The position numbers were made by a program, and so were the translations under genes. Below the pieces are notes generated by a model. That model made no database searches, was not told the origin of the DNA, and worked only from the letters and a program-made list of their open reading frames with translations. 16,639 nt of DNA from Nitrosopumilaceae archaeon (lineage in GTDB: Archaea; Thermoproteota; Nitrososphaeria; Nitrososphaerales; Nitrosopumilaceae), in assembly GCA_035528495.1 (NCBI GenBank), contig DATKYM010000055.1, positions 1 through 16,639 of the forward strand. Direction: 5' to 3'. This document shows, piece after piece, positions 15,372 through 16,639 of this stretch. Position 1 is the first letter of the stretch; every line of letters starts with the position of its first letter.

Positions 15372-15896
15372 ATGTCAGACAAACCATCTGCAGCTTGGTA
15401 CTTAGCTCCAATTTTCTTGGGAATTATTGGAAGTGTAATAATGTGGTATGTACTAAAAGATGAAGACCATCCTGATGCTCCAAAGATGGTAAAGAAAGGA
15501 TGGGTTATAGGAATTGTTCTAACAATAATACCATTCTTAATGATGATTCCAATGTTGCTACTGATTCCCATGACATCCACAGGTGGTTTTGACCAACAAC
15601 CTACACAAGATCGTATGGAAGTGATTCCCGAACCAACATCTTCCTACATGGAAAAGGCATTTCCTACTCTTGATGATTTTAAAAACACAATATCAGAGTC
15701 TGTTAACATTGATACGATATTTTTCAAATTTGGAGAACCACATCAAGATATTGGAAGTGGAATTCACATCTATGTATATGAACTAAATGATTCAACTGAA
15801 ATTTGGATTGGATATTCGGATCATATCTTGTATGTACGACATGTTGATTCAGGTGGCAATTTCTTGGAATCATTATTTGTAGAAAATGAAAACTAG
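15372..15896 (+). CDS. Membrane protein with two N-terminal TM helices and a C-terminal soluble domain
   Basis: 174 aa with an ATG start. The hydrophobic segments are AAWYLAPIFLGIIGSVIMWYVL and GWVIGIVLTIIPFLMMIPMLLLIP. The C-terminal part GEPHQDIGSGIHIYVYELNDSTEIWIGYSDHILYVRHVD looks like a small beta-rich domain. Confidence 0.7.
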   Translation: MSDKPSAAWYLAPIFLGIIGSVIMWYVLKDEDHPDAPKMVKKGWVIGIVLTIIPFLMMIPMLLLIPMTSTGGFDQQPTQDRMEVIPEPTSSYMEKAFPTLDDFKNTISESVNIDTIFFKFGEPHQDIGSGIHIYVYELNDSTEIWIGYSDHILYVRHVDSGGNFLESLFVENEN

Positions 15897-16408
15897 CTTC
15901 TGTTTCACGCCTATCTGCATCCATTTCTATCCCCAAAATGGTAGGTGGATCCCCGTGGACCCATACCCTTACTTCAGAAGGAAATTGAACTGAAAAAACA
16001 ACCGGACAAGAAACGATTTTACGCATGAATATTTCAATAAACAGTAATTGAACTCAAAACATAACATTGTAAACTGATTTTTCCATGCCATATGCCATAT
16101 TTTTGATTTGGAACTTTTGTCATAAAATATATCATGAATAATTATGATGAGTAATTTACTTCATAATCGTTAGGAGGATTATGCAGATTATTGTTATTCA
16201 ATGATCTATTCTTGAAAAAAATTTCGAGTCTTAGATGATAACTTACTATAATTATCCAACATAATCACTAAACCCATTCGAGTCTCTAAAGACTTGAACC
16301 TGATTTACAAACAAAACTTATCTTAAAACCCTGGCTTTTAGACAGAGTTTAAAATTCAGATTTGAAAAATCATAGATTGCTTAAATATAATATTTTTCTT
16401 AAAGTTTT

Positions 16409-16639
16409 ATGAAATTACTTGTTTTTGTATTGATTCTTTCAATAGGACTCATTACGGTAATCCCATATCTTGATGCAAGTGCTATTGCATATTTTCCATC
16501 TCCTCTCAAACAAATATCTGATGGTGTGTTGCCAGAAAATGTTACCTGTACTGAAGGATTAGCAATTGTTCTAAAATCAACTGATAATTCCCCTGCATGT
16601 GTTAAACCACAATCTGTAGATAAATTGATTCAACGAGGA
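16409..16639 (+). CDS. Secreted protein, 5' partial (runs off the window)
   Basis: ATG at 16409 is in frame to the window end (77 codons, no stop). The signal-peptide-like N-terminus is MKLLVFVLILSIGLITVIPYLDASA. It is followed by PLKQISDGVLPENVTCTEGLAIVLKSTDNSPACVKPQSVDKLIQRG, a Cys-pair module that from memory recurs in secreted Nitrosopumilaceae proteins. A TATA-like CTTAAATATAATA lies about 20-25 nt upstream. Confidence 0.55.
   Translation, partial: MKLLVFVLILSIGLITVIPYLDASAIAYFPSPLKQISDGVLPENVTCTEGLAIVLKSTDNSPACVKPQSVDKLIQRG

Noticed and set aside
15344-16026. Minus-strand ORFs 15344-15580 and 15724-16026 as genuine genes
   Set aside because: Both are largely antisense to the 174-aa membrane protein, which has clear TM helices and a plausible C-terminal domain. 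Only the non-overlapping part, 15897-16026, is kept as an unexplained GC-enriched island in the findings.
15983-16059. Direct repeat AATTGAACTGAAAA (15983-15996) / AATTGAACTCAAAA (16046-16059)
   Set aside because: It is 13/14 identical but short and A-rich. It is plausible by chance in AT-rich non-coding DNA and no associated structure was found.
16144-16260. C/D-box sRNA candidates (ATGATGA at 16144-16150; also AATGATGA on the minus strand near 394-401 and TGATGA at 5338-5343)
   Set aside because: No correctly spaced D or D' (CTGA) boxes or terminal stem could be found around any of them. TGATGA is expected by chance in AT-rich DNA.
1-16639. CRISPR arrays, rRNA/tRNA genes, transposases/IS elements, integrases, and known defence or toxin-antitoxin modules
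   Set aside because: No regularly spaced repeats, no tRNA-like GC-rich cloverleaf segments and no ORFs with the relevant catalytic motifs were seen on either strand.

Overview
This AT-rich window reads as an archaeal chromosome segment, probably TACK/Thaumarchaeota and Nitrosopumilus-like. That placement is an inference from eS25 and eS26 ribosomal proteins, an archaeal-type ThrRS with an N-terminal editing domain, deoxyhypusine synthase, a TFB-like cyclin fold, and TATA-like boxes about 25-35 nt upstream of start codons. From 550 to 13816 it is densely packed, mostly housekeeping coding sequence: trpA, pyrG, an NAD kinase fused to a winged-helix domain, a PfkB kinase, a methyltransferase-like protein, eS26, a CDP-alcohol phosphatidyltransferase, agmatinase, thrS, two unknown small proteins, deoxyhypusine synthase, eS25 and a cyclophilin-like protein. 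Several convergent gene ends touch or overlap. From about 13.9 kb to the right edge, and in the first 549 nt, coding density drops sharply. That right arm holds small hypothetical ORFs, a stand-alone single-cyclin-repeat TFB-like ORF, a membrane protein and a secreted protein, separated by 185-512 nt non-coding stretches. I found no rRNA, tRNA, CRISPR array, transposase or recognisable defence genes, and no convincing multi-gene novel system. The best leads are the NADK-wHTH fusion with a GGDG->GGDK change, the truncated TFB-like protein, and the uncharacterised gene pair sharing a divergent promoter with deoxyhypusine synthase in an agmatinase/DHS neighbourhood. Further leads are a C12 homopolymer plus a perfect palindrome in a divergent promoter, several small CxxC proteins (one missing from the ORF track), and a GC-enriched island open on both strands at 15886-16026. 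All functional calls rest on motif recognition by eye, because no database search could be run.
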